Assembly: GCA_034660335.1 (NCBI GenBank) | Contig: JAYEJC010000113.1 | Coordinates: forward strand, 13,731 to 77,730 | Reading direction: 5' to 3' | Length of the DNA: 64,000 nucleotides | Source of the DNA: Campylobacterota bacterium | Lineage (GTDB): Bacteria > Campylobacterota > Campylobacteria > Campylobacterales > Arcobacteraceae | Shown here: positions 46,242 through 57,239 of the stretch, piece after piece | Layout: the number at the start of each line of letters is the position of its first letter | Numbering within the stretch: the stretch's first letter is position 1 | Notes under the pieces: generated by a model | Databases searched by the model: none | What the model was told of the DNA's origin: nothing | Seen by the model: the letters and a program-made list of their open reading frames with translations, nothing else | Made by a program: the position numbers and the translations under genes

Positions 46242-48315
46242 TCAAATCAATACTATCAATAATTATATTTTTCAACTGTTGATTTATACTTAATATATCC
46301 ATAGGGTGAGATATCCTTTTTTTTGATATTTTTGATATATGAAGCAAAGCATCATCTTTTAACCCTATATCAACAAATGCACCAAAATCTGTAATATTTC
46401 TAACAACTCCACTTACTTTATCACCTTCATTTAGATTTTCGATATCTTTTATTATTTCACAAAAAGATATCTCGTTTAATTCATCTCTTATATCAAATCC
46501 TGGTTTTTTTAACTCTTGTATCATATCATCTAGTGAAAGCTTACCTATCTCATATTTTTCTAAGATACTATTTATATCATCATTTGATAAGTTTGATATA
46601 TCAAAATCTTTCTTTATGTTGTTTGCTATTGTATAACTTTCAGGATGAATACCACTATTATCTAAAAAGCTATCTCCATCTTTAATTCTAAAAAAACCAA
46701 CACTTTGCTCATAAGCTTTACTACCCAATCCTTTTACTTTTAGAAGCTCTTTTTTACTTTTATACTTGCCTATTGATTCTCTATATTCTATGATGTTTTT
46801 TGCTAACTTTTCTGAAATACCAGAAACATAAGCCAATAATTTATATGAAGCAGAGTTTAAATCAACACCAACCTTATTTACAAGCAAAAAAGTTATTGTA
46901 TTTAATTTTTCTTTTAATTTCTTTTGATTTAAATCGTGTTGATATTGACCTATTCCTAAACTTTTTGGATCTATTTTCACCAAAGCCGACATAGGATCTC
47001 GCAATCTTTGGGCTATAGATATAGCCCCTCTTATAGTTACATCCAAATCTGGATACTCCTCTTGGGCTATTTTTGATGCAGAATAAACAGAAGCTCCAAT
47101 TTCACTTACTACTGCATATTTTAGATTTAAATTATTTGTTTTTATAAGATTTGATATAAATAAAGCACTCTCTTTAGAACCTGTACCATTCCCTATTGCT
47201 ACTGTTGTGACTTTGTATTTTTTGATTAATGACAAAACTTTTTTTGAACTTCTCTCTATATTATTTTGATTTAAAAGATATATCACTTCACAATCAAGAT
47301 ATTTTCCATCTTTATCAAGTACTGCTATTTTACATCCTGTTTTATACCCTGGGTCCATACCTAATATTATTTGATTTATTAATGGTGGTGCTATAAGTAA
47401 TTCTGCTAAATTTTTGCCAAAAAGTTCTATCGCTTCGTCACTTGCTTTCTCTTTAAGTATTGAAATAAATTCTCTTTTAATACTAGGGATCAATAACCTT
47501 TTTAGACCATCAATATAAGCATCTTCTACAAACTTTTTCGAACTATTTGCCCAATTTGGTATTTTGAATTTTTTGATTCCATTTATTAAATAATCTTCAT
47601 CAATACCAATCTTCATACTTATTTGTTTATCATTTACAGCACGAAATATCGCTAAAAGTTTATATGACTTTATATATTTTGCTTTTATTTCTATATTTGA
47701 TAAATCCTTATATAAACCATCTTCTTGAAATGTTTTTGTTTTTTTTGTATTTAAAATTCCATGGTTTTGAATAAAGTTTCTTGTGATATCTTTTGACTTT
47801 ATATCTTGTGCATATCTTAATGCTATAATATCTTTTGCACCATCAAGAGCATCTTTTATATTTGTTATTTTGTTGTTCAAAAAATGTTTTGCTTTTTTTT
47901 CAATATCACCAATACTATACTTCATTGTTGATATAATATTTGCCAAATCTTCCAATCCATTATTTATAGCATCATTAGCACGACTATTTTTTAAACCCTT
48001 ATATGGTTCATATATATCATCCAAAACACTTAAAGTAGTTGCTGCATCTATTGATTGTTTTATGCTACTTGTCAAAAAACCTTTCTCTTTTAAAGTTTTC
48101 TCTAAATCACTTTTTTTTGATATTAGTTTTATACTATATTCGTATATATTTTGAAACTCTAGAAGTCTCTCATCGCTACAATTTCCTGTGAGATCTTTCC
48201 TGTATCTTGCAATAAATGCAATTGTATTTCCATCTTCAAATAATGATATTATATTTTTAATATATTTTTCATCTATATCTAGTTTATTTTTTATAAGAGT
48301 AGTTATATTATCCAT
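46207..48315 (-). CDS. tex: Tex-like transcription accessory protein (YqgF/HhH/S1 domains)
   Basis: It has the N-terminal pattern IAFIARYRKD, a YqgF-like core (ILGMDPGYKTGCKIAVLD), HhH motifs and a C-terminal S1 domain (GVVRNITDFGAFVDIG). Confidence 0.9.
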   Translation of the reverse strand: MDNITTLIKNKLDIDEKYIKNIISLFEDGNTIAFIARYRKDLTGNCSDERLLEFQNIYEYSIKLISKKSDLEKTLKEKGFLTSSIKQSIDAATTLSVLDDIYEPYKGLKNSRANDAINNGLEDLANIISTMKYSIGDIEKKAKHFLNNKITNIKDALDGAKDIIALRYAQDIKSKDITRNFIQNHGILNTKKTKTFQEDGLYKDLSNIEIKAKYIKSYKLLAIFRAVNDKQISMKIGIDEDYLINGIKKFKIPNWANSSKKFVEDAYIDGLKRLLIPSIKREFISILKEKASDEAIELFGKNLAELLIAPPLINQIILGMDPGYKTGCKIAVLDKDGKYLDCEVIYLLNQNNIERSSKKVLSLIKKYKVTTVAIGNGTGSKESALFISNLIKTNNLNLKYAVVSEIGASVYSASKIAQEEYPDLDVTIRGAISIAQRLRDPMSALVKIDPKSLGIGQYQHDLNQKKLKEKLNTITFLLVNKVGVDLNSASYKLLAYVSGISEKLAKNIIEYRESIGKYKSKKELLKVKGLGSKAYEQSVGFFRIKDGDSFLDNSGIHPESYTIANNIKKDFDISNLSNDDINSILEKYEIGKLSLDDMIQELKKPGFDIRDELNEISFCEIIKDIENLNEGDKVSGVVRNITDFGAFVDIGLKDDALLHISKISKKRISHPMDILSINQQLKNIIIDSIDLKKSRVSLSLIE

Positions 48316-48320
48316 TCAAA

Positions 48321-48497
48321 CTATCTTTTTATCGTAAAATTTGTTTTGTTGTTATCTTCAAGTTTGTTGTAGTTTAGAATTTCAACTTGATTTATAGTTT
48401 CTTGTGAAAAGAAGTAGTTTATATTTAATAATATCAAAATAGTAATAACTACTAATATTGATATTAATATTTTTATATCTTTTTTATAATCTTTCAT
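48321..48497 (-). CDS. possible 58-aa single-TM protein upstream of tex (below the ORF-track cutoff)
   Basis: The ORF reads MKDYKKDIKILISILVVITILILLNINYFF... and ends 5 nt before the tex start codon. No homology was recognised. Confidence 0.3.
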   Translation of the reverse strand: MKDYKKDIKILISILVVITILILLNINYFFSQETINQVEILNYNKLEDNNKTNFTIKR

Positions 48498-48567
48498 AAA
48501 TATCCTTATAATATAATAACTGACATCATACTATATTTGAATTATTTTGAAATTAAAAAATGATAAA

Positions 48568-48870
48568 TTAAGACTCTTGCTTCATAGCTTTTAACTGTTT
48601 TTCTAAATAAAATGTACCAAATGGTATCAAAGAAGCTACAAAAGCCCATAAAGTGAATTTTATATTCCATTTGTATTCACTATGTGCATTGTATAATTCA
48701 TATAAATACCACATAAATAATCCACCGTGAATCATACCTACAATTTTTGTTGCTATTGGGAAACCAAACATATATTTTAGTGGCATTGCTATAAATAACA
48801 GTACCAAAAATGATATCCCCTCTATAGTAGCAACCAATCTAAACTTATCTAATGTTTTGTCAATCATCAT
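48568..48870 (-). CDS. DUF3817-like small integral membrane protein
   Basis: It has three to four TM helices and the pattern LRLVATIEGISFLVLLFIAMPLKY typical of DUF3817. Confidence 0.65.
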   Translation of the reverse strand: MMIDKTLDKFRLVATIEGISFLVLLFIAMPLKYMFGFPIATKIVGMIHGGLFMWYLYELYNAHSEYKWNIKFTLWAFVASLIPFGTFYLEKQLKAMKQES

Positions 48871-48984
48871 TTGCCTTTTTTAGTTTTTCGGAATTTTATC
48901 AAAAAGTTCAATAAATAATCTTAATTAATCTTATTAGTTTAAATAAGCTAATAAGTAGTATAATTTATACACAAAGGATATAAA

Positions 48985-49587
48985 ATGAAAATAAAATATG
49001 CTGGTCCTCGACCATTTATTAATCACCATGGAATTAGCTTCAAAGATGGAAAGGAAGATAAATATGTTTATTTAATGATATCTATACAAATTTTAAGTGC
49101 CATCGATAAAAACTATGAAACACACCACTCATATAGTTATGATATTGGTACAAAAAGATTAGATGATGAAGAGATGTATAAAATCATGACCTCATATGAA
49201 CCAAAACTATATGATATAGCCCAACAAGAAGCTATTAGCTACGCTTCAAAATTAGACTTAGAGATTGATGATGTTTATAAAAACAAAACATTATCAGATA
49301 TTGAAAAAGAGGCATGGATAGAAAATCTTAAAATAATGAAAGATTATAGGACACAAAGAGCAATAAATAAAATATACTATATGCATGCTATTGAATATAT
49401 ATACGATGTTATAAAAAGAGAGCATATCAAAGAGATAGATACACCTTTTTTTGAAAAATACTGGCATGTTTTACAAACTATTGAGGGTAAATTTTCCAAT
49501 ACAAAATCACCAATATCAACTACACTAAAAGTTGAACCAAACAAAGATGGAGAGCTAATAGCAAAAATGAGAATTGTGGGATATTAA
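48985..49587 (+). CDS. hypothetical protein (200 aa)
   Basis: It has a good ATG start and ends 1 nt before the Na/Pi cotransporter start. No motif was recognised. Confidence 0.55.
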   Translation: MKIKYAGPRPFINHHGISFKDGKEDKYVYLMISIQILSAIDKNYETHHSYSYDIGTKRLDDEEMYKIMTSYEPKLYDIAQQEAISYASKLDLEIDDVYKNKTLSDIEKEAWIENLKIMKDYRTQRAINKIYYMHAIEYIYDVIKREHIKEIDTPFFEKYWHVLQTIEGKFSNTKSPISTTLKVEPNKDGELIAKMRIVGY

Positions 49588-49588
49588 T

Positions 49589-51346
49589 ATGGTAAAAAAA
49601 ATACTAAATCCACTTTTATTATTAGGTGTAGCATATCTTTTATTTTCAAGTAATGATGCAAAAACAATCATAGCAGGTATAGCTATATTTTTAATAGGTA
49701 TGGTATTTATGGAGGATGGCTTCAAACTATTTAGTGGAGGAATTCTTGAAAAAGTCTTAGAGACAAGCACAAACACTGTACCAAAAGCGATAGGTACAGG
49801 CTTTTTAGCTACAGCGGTAGTTCAAAGTTCATCTCTTATTAGTATTATTATTATATCATTTTTAAGTGCTGAGCTTATTAGTTTATCTGGAGCCATAGGT
49901 GTTATTTTTGGTTCAAATATCGGTACTACTACAACTGCTTGGATAGTCTCATCTTTTGGTGTAAAGATAAAAATAGCACACTATGCTATGCCTATGTTGA
50001 TATTTGGTGTTATGTTTAGATTTTCAGCAAGCAAAACATATCAAGGATTAGGAAATGTATTAGTTGGATTGGGATTTGTATTTCTTGGTATTGGATATAT
50101 GAAAGAGGGATTTGAGACACTAAAAGCTGGTCTTGACCTAGCACAATACGCAATAGATGGATATCTTGGGGTATTAATATATGTTTTATTAGGTGCTATT
50201 GCTACCATAGTGATTCAATCAAGTAGTGCAACAGTAGCTCTAATAATCACAGCTTTAGCAACAGGACAGATTGACTATATGAATGGTCTACAGCTTGCAA
50301 TTGGAGCAAATATTGGTACAACAGTCACAGCAGTTTTAGGTGCATTATCTTCAAATGCAAATGGAAAAAGACTAGCAGTGGCACATTTTATTTTCAATAT
50401 GGTTACTGGATTTATCGCTATTGTTTTTCTTTATCAATTAGCCAATTTAGTTACTTATTTATCTGAATTTTTAGGAATTGGACAAAATGATTATGCTATG
50501 AAATTAGCATTATTTCATACTATATTTAATATTATTGGAGTTCTTGCTGTATCACCTTTTACTTTTAAACTAGTTGTATTTTTAGAAAGTCTATTTTTAG
50601 AAGAGAACAAAAACATCCATAGAGCTAGGTTTTTGGACCTAGATGTTATTGCTATGCCTCAATCAGCAATTGCTGCTATTGAAAAAGAGGTGATTCATCT
50701 ATATGATAATTCAACAGAAGTTTTAGCTCACTCATTATCCTTGCATAGACACGCATTATTTACACAAAATGATTTATCTAAAGTAGTTTCAAACTCAACA
50801 GATAAAATCCAAATAGATATTGATAAATTTTATACATCAAATATAAAAGGTATCTATGGTGATATAGTTCATTTTGCTACTTTGTCACAAGATAATATGA
50901 ATGAAGATGAGATGAGAAAAGTTTATTATTATAAAATCGCATCAAAAGATATAGTAGAGGCAGTAAAAGATACAAGAGAGTTACAAAAAAATATTGATCA
51001 TTATCTAAAAAGCAAAAATCAAATTATTAAAGATGAATATAACCTTCTAAGAGAAAAAATAGGTAAAATGTTAAATAAGATACAAAACTTAAGAAATCAA
51101 AATGATGATGTCGAAGTATTAACAAAAATCGAATTTTTAAAGAAAGAGATAGAAGATTTAGATGTGGTTGAAACTGGCAAGATTGATTATCTAATAAGAG
51201 AAAATCTTATTGACTCAAAAATGGCAACATCTCTTATAAATGACTCCTCTTATGCATATGCTATATCAAAAAGACTTATAGAAGTAGCAACAACACTGTG
51301 GATAAAAGATCAGGATATACAAAAACTCACAAAGGCAAAATCATGA
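49589..51346 (+). CDS. Na/Pi cotransporter family protein with PhoU-like C-terminal domain
   Basis: Duplicated Na_Pi_cotrans repeats are present (VQSSSLISII..GSNIGTTTTAW and IQSSSATVALI..GANIGTTVTA). The ATG at 49589 (MVKKILNP) is preferred over the track start at 49574. Confidence 0.85.
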   Translation: MVKKILNPLLLLGVAYLLFSSNDAKTIIAGIAIFLIGMVFMEDGFKLFSGGILEKVLETSTNTVPKAIGTGFLATAVVQSSSLISIIIISFLSAELISLSGAIGVIFGSNIGTTTTAWIVSSFGVKIKIAHYAMPMLIFGVMFRFSASKTYQGLGNVLVGLGFVFLGIGYMKEGFETLKAGLDLAQYAIDGYLGVLIYVLLGAIATIVIQSSSATVALIITALATGQIDYMNGLQLAIGANIGTTVTAVLGALSSNANGKRLAVAHFIFNMVTGFIAIVFLYQLANLVTYLSEFLGIGQNDYAMKLALFHTIFNIIGVLAVSPFTFKLVVFLESLFLEENKNIHRARFLDLDVIAMPQSAIAAIEKEVIHLYDNSTEVLAHSLSLHRHALFTQNDLSKVVSNSTDKIQIDIDKFYTSNIKGIYGDIVHFATLSQDNMNEDEMRKVYYYKIASKDIVEAVKDTRELQKNIDHYLKSKNQIIKDEYNLLREKIGKMLNKIQNLRNQNDDVEVLTKIEFLKKEIEDLDVVETGKIDYLIRENLIDSKMATSLINDSSYAYAISKRLIEVATTLWIKDQDIQKLTKAKS

Positions 51347-51570
51347 AAATAGAGGATATTATTAAAAAAACAGAGAAGTTTTTTGATTTGAAAAAAAAAG
51401 AACAAAAGAAAGAATATGATAAAAAAATTGATATAAAAAAATCTTTAGAATCAAAACACAATAAGATAAAATCAAAAATATCAACAGTAAAAACAAAAAA
51501 GAAAAAAGAATCTTTAGAACAAGAACTTGATATAGTAAAAAAGCTTTTAAAAAAGATAGATAAAATTTAA
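51343..51570 (+). CDS. hypothetical Lys-rich coiled-coil protein (75 aa)
   Basis: The ATG at 51343 overlaps the cotransporter stop (ATGA). The composition is highly basic and low in complexity. Confidence 0.4.
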   Translation: MKIEDIIKKTEKFFDLKKKEQKKEYDKKIDIKKSLESKHNKIKSKISTVKTKKKKESLEQELDIVKKLLKKIDKI

Positions 51571-51625
51571 ACAAATTTACCACAAAAATAAAGTATAATG
51601 ACAAAAAAAATTATAAGGGGTTTTT

Positions 51626-52489
51626 GTGGATAATATTACTGTTGCACACTCACCAGATGCAGATGATATTTTTATGTATTATGCTATTAAATTAGGATGG
51701 GTTGATCTACCAAACACAACATTTGACAATATCGCTTTAGATATAGAGACACTAAATCAAGCGACATTAAAAGGTACATATGATATTTGTGCTATTAGTT
51801 TTGCACTTTATCCATTTGTTAAAAATGATTTTGCTTTACTTAAAACCGCAGTTAGTTTTGGTGATGGATATGGTCCAAAGCTTGTAAAACAAAAAGATAA
51901 AAGATTGAAAAGAAATTTTAAAGTAGCACTAAGTGGAGAATACACAACAAATGCATTGTTGTTTAAAATAGCTTATCCTGAAGCTAGAATAACATATATG
52001 AATTTTTTAGATATAGAACAAGCTGTTTTAGATGGTAAAGTTGATGCTGGTGTTTTAATACATGAGTCTATTTTGACCTATAATGATAAACTTGAAGTTG
52101 AAAAAGAGATGTGGGATATTTGGCAAGAGTTAGCTGGAGATAAGCTACCTCTTCCTCTAGGTGGTATGTGCATTAGAAGGTCTATTCCATTAAATAAATC
52201 AATCGAATATGAGAATACACTTATAAAAGCAGTTGATGTAGCAAATAATAATAAGCTATTATTATCTAAAATGTTACTTGAAAGAGATCTTATTAGAGTA
52301 GATCATGATACTCTTCAAACATATCTAGGACTTTATGCAAATGATGATTCTATAGAACTTAGCTCTCTTCAATATCAAGCACTAGATAAGCTATATGAGC
52401 TTGGATTTAAACATGGTTTTTATGATAGTCTTATAAAAGCTCAAGATTATACAATACCTAGTGAATATAAAAATTTACGAAACTCTTAA
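51626..52489 (+). CDS. menaquinone biosynthesis protein, MqnA/MqnD family (futalosine pathway)
   Basis: It has a periplasmic-binding-protein-like fold pattern: HSPDADDIFMYYA...DIETLNQ...YDICAISF...LIHESIL. The start codon is GTG. Confidence 0.7.
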   Translation: MDNITVAHSPDADDIFMYYAIKLGWVDLPNTTFDNIALDIETLNQATLKGTYDICAISFALYPFVKNDFALLKTAVSFGDGYGPKLVKQKDKRLKRNFKVALSGEYTTNALLFKIAYPEARITYMNFLDIEQAVLDGKVDAGVLIHESILTYNDKLEVEKEMWDIWQELAGDKLPLPLGGMCIRRSIPLNKSIEYENTLIKAVDVANNNKLLLSKMLLERDLIRVDHDTLQTYLGLYANDDSIELSSLQYQALDKLYELGFKHGFYDSLIKAQDYTIPSEYKNLRNS

Positions 52490-52500
52490 AAAGAAAATTT

Positions 52501-53271
52501 ATGTATAAAACTATTGATTTTAAAAAATACTCATCTATACAAATAGGTGGTGTGCATAAAGTAAAATCAATAGAAACAATAGATGATTATTCAGATTATA
52601 AAATAATAGGAAAAGCAAATAATCTTCTAATCTCTAACAACCCCCCTGCTTTGGCTATATTATCTGAGGAGTTTGATTATATCAAACAAGAAAATAATAA
52701 ACTCATAGTAGGTGCAGTAACATCTAGTGTAAAGCTTTTGAGTTATTGTAAAAAACATAATATTGCAAATATGGAATTTCTTACAAAACTGCCTGGAAAT
52801 ATTGGTGGGCTTACAAAAATGAATGCTGGACTTAAGAACTGGGAGATTTTTAACTATATATATAGTATCACTACAAAAGATGGTGTTATTTTAAAAAATA
52901 ATATTGATTATGGATATAGAGAGACCAAAATAGATGATATTATATTTGAAGTTTCTTTTGATTTAGAGTTTGGATATAATAAAACTCAACAAAAAAAATT
53001 TTTAGATATGAGAAACAATCAACCAAAACAGCCAAGTGCAGGAAGTTGTTTTAAAAATCCAAACAACTATAGTGCTGGTTTTTTAATAGAACAAGTTGGT
53101 CTAAAAGGATATCGTATTGGTGATATATCTTTTAGTTCAATACATGCTAATTTTTTAGTAAATTTAGGTGATGCTACTTTTGAAGATGCTATTACACTTA
53201 TAAATTTAGCTAAAAATAAAGTCAAAAAGAGATTTGATATAAGCTTAGAACTTGAGATACAAATAATATAG
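52501..53271 (+). CDS. murB: UDP-N-acetylenolpyruvoylglucosamine reductase (short epsilon-type MurB)
   Basis: The motifs IGKANNLLIS, GGLTKMNAG, YRET and PSAGSCFKNP are present. Length is 256 aa. Confidence 0.85.
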   Translation: MYKTIDFKKYSSIQIGGVHKVKSIETIDDYSDYKIIGKANNLLISNNPPALAILSEEFDYIKQENNKLIVGAVTSSVKLLSYCKKHNIANMEFLTKLPGNIGGLTKMNAGLKNWEIFNYIYSITTKDGVILKNNIDYGYRETKIDDIIFEVSFDLEFGYNKTQQKKFLDMRNNQPKQPSAGSCFKNPNNYSAGFLIEQVGLKGYRIGDISFSSIHANFLVNLGDATFEDAITLINLAKNKVKKRFDISLELEIQII

Positions 53272-53281
53272 TCAAAACCAC

Positions 53282-53323
53282 CAAATCACGCGTAATTTAT
53301 TTCTTAATCTTAAATAAAACTTA
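53282..53323 (+). repeat. right-end fragment (42 bp) of the 163-bp MITE-like family
   Basis: CAAATCACGCGTAATTTATTTCTTAATCTTAAATAAAACTTA matches 18766-18807. It lies between the convergent murB and DASS transporter genes. Confidence 0.6.
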
Positions 53324-53337
53324 ATCTAGAATCCCTA

Positions 53338-54789
53338 TTAATACACCAAATTAAGCCACCCTACTGCAAAAAGTGGTCCTAAAATCCCAGAAATAAGTCC
53401 TAGAATTAAGAAGTCTTTACTTTGTATCTTTTTACTAGAATATATAATTGCATTTGGTGGTGTAGAAACTGCTAAACTCATAGCAAATGATGCACTAAGT
53501 GTTACAGCAATAACCGCTGCTACACTTTGGCTTGTACTAGATATAGTAGTAGCAACAGCTATAACAATAGGGATCATTATATTAGCAGCAGCAGTATTAC
53601 TCATAAAATTTGAGATAATCACAATAAGATATGAAAATATCAGCATCATCCATAATATTGATATCCCGTCAGTACTAATAGAGTTTGCTATAAACATATC
53701 AAGACCTGTTTTTGATACAGCAAGTCCAAGGCTAAGTCCACCTATTATAAGGATTATCACATCCCATCGTATACGGCAAATGTCATCAGCATCAAGTATC
53801 CCAAAAAGTGTGAACCCTATAATTGGTACAAGTGATACAACAGTTGTCGGTATATGGTGAAGAGGTCCTGTTAGCCATAAAAGAATAGTAATGGCAAATA
53901 TTGCAACTGTAATGTTCTTTTTCCAACTAGGAGTAGTGGGTATTTTTGAAAATTTCTTTGTTGAATCATCAAAGTGATCTACCTCTTTTATCGATTTTAA
54001 ATCAATAAATGGTTCTGTTGATTTATAAAATTTTATTATTGCAAATCTTAAAATAATAACAACGGCTATTGATGGAGGTAGAGCAAGGAACATCCAGCCT
54101 ATAAATGAGGGTGCATTTTCACCAAGTATACCTACTGCTATTGCATTTGGGGGAGTGCCTATTATTGTAGCCATACCCCCTAGGTTTGCACCTATTACTA
54201 CAGATAAAAGTACCGCTTTTTTAAATGGGTTTGATTCTTTTATATGTGACATCAAAGGAAGTAGTATGGTTATCATCATAGCAGCTGTTGCAGTGTTTGA
54301 TACAAACATAGACAATAAAAAGGTTATAGCTATAAGTGCAGTTATTATATTATGTGGTTTTCCCCCTGCAAAAAATAGAACTTTTTTGGCTATCCAAATA
54401 TCAAGTTTTGTTTTAGAAGCAGCTGCAGCCATTATAAAACCAGCTAAAAAAAGAAATATCAAAGGTGAAGACCAAGGTTCAAGATAAACTTTCCAATCTT
54501 TGTTGCACCCCTCAAAATTAAAATCACCACAACCTAAAAGCACTATCTCTAAAGCTATGACCAAAAGAGATACCGCAAATGCAGGTATAGCTTCACTTAT
54601 CCAAAGTCCAGCTGCAAAAAGCAAGATAAACATGGTATATCTCATATCCTGATTTATACCATATTCAGGGATAAATGTTATCCCAAGTGCTATAATAAGT
54701 GAAAGTGTAAAACCCGTAAAAATGAATTTTAATGATACTTTGTATGCATTATTAAAAAATCCTATAAGGTGTCGCCTAGTATCTAGCAT
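53338..54789 (-). CDS. DASS/SLC13 family anion:sodium symporter
   Basis: It is a multi-TM protein with duplicated SNTA motifs (FVSNTATAAMM and FMSNTAAANIM) and GTPPN/STPPN hairpin tips. Confidence 0.85.
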   Translation of the reverse strand: MLDTRRHLIGFFNNAYKVSLKFIFTGFTLSLIIALGITFIPEYGINQDMRYTMFILLFAAGLWISEAIPAFAVSLLVIALEIVLLGCGDFNFEGCNKDWKVYLEPWSSPLIFLFLAGFIMAAAASKTKLDIWIAKKVLFFAGGKPHNIITALIAITFLLSMFVSNTATAAMMITILLPLMSHIKESNPFKKAVLLSVVIGANLGGMATIIGTPPNAIAVGILGENAPSFIGWMFLALPPSIAVVIILRFAIIKFYKSTEPFIDLKSIKEVDHFDDSTKKFSKIPTTPSWKKNITVAIFAITILLWLTGPLHHIPTTVVSLVPIIGFTLFGILDADDICRIRWDVIILIIGGLSLGLAVSKTGLDMFIANSISTDGISILWMMLIFSYLIVIISNFMSNTAAANIMIPIVIAVATTISSTSQSVAAVIAVTLSASFAMSLAVSTPPNAIIYSSKKIQSKDFLILGLISGILGPLFAVGWLNLVY

Positions 54790-54824
54790 ATATAATCAAC
54801 CTTTTTATTTTTATTATATAATAA

Positions 54825-56249
54825 TTAACTATAAAGTGCCAGATACTCTTTTGCTGAGTGTTTCCAAGAGTTATCTACTTTCATATTGTGTTTTGATATC
54901 TTTTCATATTTTTTATAGTTTCCATAAAGAGAAAGTGCTTTTGCAATAGCATGCATAAACCAAAAGATATTATGCTCCTCATAAGTTACACCAATTCCAG
55001 CGTAGTTTTTAAGCTGTTTGTAGTCCACATCTGTAAAGTCAACTACACTATCTTTAAGTCCACCTGTTTTAGCTACTATTGGTAAACATCCATATTTCAT
55101 ACAAATCATTTGATTTAATCCACAAGGTTCAAAGGTTGAAGGCATAAGTAAAAAGTCAGCTGCTGCATAGAGTTTTCTTGAGAAACTCTCATCGTAGCCT
55201 ATTTTTATATATACATTTGGATATGAAACGCTAATATTATTAAATATAGTTTCATAGTGTTCTTCACCACTTCCTAGTATAACTAAATTTGCTTCAAAAT
55301 CTTTGAAAAGATTAAGAGATTCTATTAAAAGGTCTATCCCTTTTTGTTGTGTAAATCTTCCTATAAAAACAAATAAAGGTTTATCAGCTTCTATAAATCC
55401 TATATCTTTTAAAAGTTTCTTTTTATTTATCTGTTTATCTTTATATGTTTGAAGTGAATAGTTTTTGTATATCATATCATCACTTTTTGGATTAAATGTA
55501 TCGTAGCTCACACCGTTTAGTATCCCTTGTAGTTTATAATTATTTGCTCTTAAAACATCATCTAAATCTTTTCCAAAAAGTGGTGTTTGTATCTCATTTG
55601 CGTATGTTGGACTTACTGTTGTTACTTTATCACTATAAAAAATCCCAGCTTTTAAAAAATTTACCTGGTCATGATACTCTAAAGCTTCAGGTTTAAAACA
55701 CTCAACCCAGTCAAGTTCAAGCTGATCCATTATATCTTTACTAAATACCCCTTGATATGCAAGATTGTGGATAGTTAGTATCACTTTTTGTGGAAGTTTG
55801 TATCTTGTTTTTACCAAAAGTGCTATAAGTGATGTTTGCCAATCATTTAGATGAATCGCATCTATTTTTAAATTCATTCTTAACATAGTCTCTAAACAAG
55901 CATAAGAAAATAGTCCAAACCTAAGACCATTGTCCCCAAAATCACCATAGCCATCATGATAAAGACCCTCTCTATCACATAAGATAGGATTGTAGATAAA
56001 TAGCTCATATCTGTTTTTTTTATTTACAAAAACATCAAATTGATGTGAGATACCATCTATCACATAATCAAATGTTAAGTTAGCATACTCAATACCAAAC
56101 TTTTCCCTATCAATTGTTTGATAAAGTGGTAAGATAGTATAAACTTTTGTTTTTTTTCTTAAAGCTTCAGGAAGACTTTGTGCCACATCTCCCAAACCTC
56201 CACTTTTAGCATATGGATACATCTCACTTGTACAAAATAAAACTGACAT
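54825..56249 (-). CDS. glgA: glycogen synthase (GT5)
   Basis: The N-terminal motif is SEMYPYAKSGGLGDV, and the C-terminal part has a GT-B fold with PSTFEPCGLNQM. Confidence 0.9.
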   Translation of the reverse strand: MSVLFCTSEMYPYAKSGGLGDVAQSLPEALRKKTKVYTILPLYQTIDREKFGIEYANLTFDYVIDGISHQFDVFVNKKNRYELFIYNPILCDREGLYHDGYGDFGDNGLRFGLFSYACLETMLRMNLKIDAIHLNDWQTSLIALLVKTRYKLPQKVILTIHNLAYQGVFSKDIMDQLELDWVECFKPEALEYHDQVNFLKAGIFYSDKVTTVSPTYANEIQTPLFGKDLDDVLRANNYKLQGILNGVSYDTFNPKSDDMIYKNYSLQTYKDKQINKKKLLKDIGFIEADKPLFVFIGRFTQQKGIDLLIESLNLFKDFEANLVILGSGEEHYETIFNNISVSYPNVYIKIGYDESFSRKLYAAADFLLMPSTFEPCGLNQMICMKYGCLPIVAKTGGLKDSVVDFTDVDYKQLKNYAGIGVTYEEHNIFWFMHAIAKALSLYGNYKKYEKISKHNMKVDNSWKHSAKEYLALYS

Positions 56250-56251
56250 AA

Positions 56252-57232
56252 CTATTCTCCTTTGTTTGATAATAAAATTTGTGCCGCAACTTCTGGCATA
56301 AATGTGTTGATAAAGATATCACTATCTAGTTCAAAACCTGCTGTTTTATAAAGTCGCGGGCTTATTAATATATGAAATCTATTTGGATTTCTTTTACTTT
56401 GAATATCCCCATTTTTTATACTTAGATTAAAAGGTATATCCCCCAAAGCTTGGAAAAGCTTTTTAAATATAAAATTCATAACTTCACTTAAAGCATAAAG
56501 CTCTTTATCTTCACAATTTAGTATAGAGTTTATATCATCTTTAGCTATTATTAAAGTCTCAAAAGGGTACTTTGAAGCAAATGGAACCATAGCTATAAAA
56601 GAGCTGTTTTCATACAAGATACCTTTTTGAAAGTTTTTTTCATCACTTATAATGTCATCAAAAAAATCTCTTTCGTGTTCTTTTTTATACTCTTTGTAGT
56701 ACTCTAAATCTACTTTTATCTTTTGTGGTAAAAATGGCATCGCTATTATTTGTGAATGTGAGTGGGATTGTGAAGCACCTGCATCAATACCTTGATTTTT
56801 AAAGATACTAAAATATTTAAGTCGTATATCTTTTTTAAGGTCATTTAATCTTAGCTTTATAATAGTAAAATAATCAAAAAACTCATCTATGCTATACTCA
56901 AACATCTGTTTATCATGATGTGGTGTTTCTATTATCACCTCATGAGCTCCAAAGCCACTTTTTTCCTCAAAACATCCAACTTTTTTAGAATTTATCTCAT
57001 CTTCTATACTTAATGCATTGTAAAGGTTGGGAACTATTCTACATCGCCAGTTTTCATCATCACCTATTCGTAAAAGTTCATTTGGTGTTAGGTGTTCATT
57101 TCCTTTATCAAAAGGGCATTGTTCACTGTTTTTTACTTGAAAGTTATTGTTTACCATTGGTCTTTTGGCTCTACTTGGAGCAAAAAGTACCCATTGTCTA
57201 AAAAGTTTATTGTATCTAAATTTTGAATCCAT
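56252..57232 (-). CDS. galT: galactose-1-phosphate uridylyltransferase family (HIT-like) protein
   Basis: It has the active-site HSHSQI (HxHxQ), an N-terminal CPF..G.E zinc-knuckle region and the GAHEVIIE motif. Confidence 0.75.
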   Translation of the reverse strand: MDSKFRYNKLFRQWVLFAPSRAKRPMVNNNFQVKNSEQCPFDKGNEHLTPNELLRIGDDENWRCRIVPNLYNALSIEDEINSKKVGCFEEKSGFGAHEVIIETPHHDKQMFEYSIDEFFDYFTIIKLRLNDLKKDIRLKYFSIFKNQGIDAGASQSHSHSQIIAMPFLPQKIKVDLEYYKEYKKEHERDFFDDIISDEKNFQKGILYENSSFIAMVPFASKYPFETLIIAKDDINSILNCEDKELYALSEVMNFIFKKLFQALGDIPFNLSIKNGDIQSKRNPNRFHILISPRLYKTAGFELDSDIFINTFMPEVAAQILLSNKGE

Positions 57233-57239
57233 TTTTAAC